From: Candidatus Shapirobacteria bacterium
GTDB taxonomy: Bacteria > Patescibacteriota > Microgenomatia > UBA12405
NCBI GenBank assembly: GCA_041665485.1
Contig: JBAYIT010000001.1
Location: 140,270-204,269, forward strand
Direction of reading: 5' to 3'
Length of the DNA stretch: 64,000 nucleotides
Shown here piece by piece: positions 63,580 through 64,000 of this stretch; position 1 is the first letter of the stretch, and every line of letters begins with the position of its first letter. The position numbers and the translations under genes are program-made. The notes beneath the pieces were generated by a model. It made no database searches. It was not told the DNA's origin and saw only the letters and a program-made list of their open reading frames with translations.

Positions 63580-64000
63580 GTGATTAGTAAACAGTTAACA
63601 GAAAAACTAGAACGGATTGGGGTTAGAGTGCCAAGGATTTTATTGCCCAAGGAAGGGGTGGATATGAGTAAGTGGGCGGTGGTGGCCTGCGATCAATTTA
63701 CTTCGGAGCCGGAGTATTGGGCGGGAGTAGAAAGGCTGGTGGCCGAGGTGTCGTCGACTTATAAAATAACATTGCCGGAGGTGTACCTCGAAAGCCCAGA
63801 TAAACAGGAGAGAATTAAGGAAATAAATGAGGAAATGAAAAAATATTTGGATGAGGAGGTATTAGAGGAAAAGTTTGAAGGATTCGTGTTGGTAGAAAGA
63901 ACGTTGAAAAGTGGTAAGGAGAGGCGGGGATTAATGGTGGCGTTGGATTTGGAGAAATATGATTATCACAAGGGCAGTAAAACTTTGATTCGGGCAACAG
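63580..64000 (+). CDS. DUF1015-family protein (5' partial, runs off the window end; GTG start assumed)
   Basis: WAVVACDQFTSEPEYW and LMVALDLEKYDYHKGS..LIRAT resemble conserved DUF1015 blocks. Confidence 0.45.
   Translation, partial: MISKQLTEKLERIGVRVPRILLPKEGVDMSKWAVVACDQFTSEPEYWAGVERLVAEVSSTYKITLPEVYLESPDKQERIKEINEEMKKYLDEEVLEEKFEGFVLVERTLKSGKERRGLMVALDLEKYDYHKGSKTLIRAT

Overview
This 64-kb window looks like a chromosomal segment of a small-genome bacterium of Candidate Phyla Radiation (Patescibacteria) type. That assignment is an inference from gene content, not a database result. Core content: the replication-origin neighbourhood, with dnaN and dnaA on the minus strand and DnaA-box clusters beside them, then rpmH-rnpA-yidD-yidC-jag on the plus strand. 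Further along are ftsH, a stand-alone 'four-helix-bundle' protein of the kind normally found inside 23S intervening sequences, rpsA, and a partial rRNA region. The rRNA region runs tRNA-Ile, then about 3.9 kb of protein genes, then tRNA-Ala, 23S and 5S; there is no 16S in the window. The 23S carries two ORF-less intervening sequences and a 282-nt insertion that looks like a group I intron. Accessory content: (i) a RelE/DinJ toxin-antitoxin pair next to a gene with clearly foreign codon usage. (ii) A type-IV-secretion-like locus with a PrgI/VirB3-like protein, a VirB4 N-domain ORF plus a full VirB4 ATPase, and a coiled-coil/membrane/M23-peptidase fusion. (iii) A minus-strand cluster of six tandem paralogous two-TM 'GDSKK' pilin-like genes, a secreted clan-GH-A-like hydrolase and a polytopic membrane protein. 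(iv) A divergently transcribed ATP-grasp peptide-ligase cluster (7TM protein, ATP-grasp fused to a Zn-protease domain, two RimK-like ligases, an SNase-like nuclease). (v) A cluster of secreted cohesin/dockerin proteins. (vi) A small GIY-YIG nuclease ORF embedded in an array of tRNA-Ile-derived fragments. (vii) Glycan genes (ligase/polymerase-like, Wzx-like, an epimerase-like domain fused to DUF4012), a GH18 protein, a DedA protein, and several large hypothetical proteins. The most striking sequence-level feature is a genome-wide set of degenerate short tandem 'word' repeats, in about eight families such as GAATCTACGA, AGTTACGA, AAGTCCAAAA, GAGATAAGAACTAAGA and AATTTCCAATAACC. They sit at most gene junctions, continue in-frame into many CDS termini and some CDS interiors, and also make up the two 23S insertions. 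Several genes appear to be leaderless, with the start codon 6-8 nt after a (TG)nTATAAT box. All protein calls come from motif recognition by eye. No searches were run.
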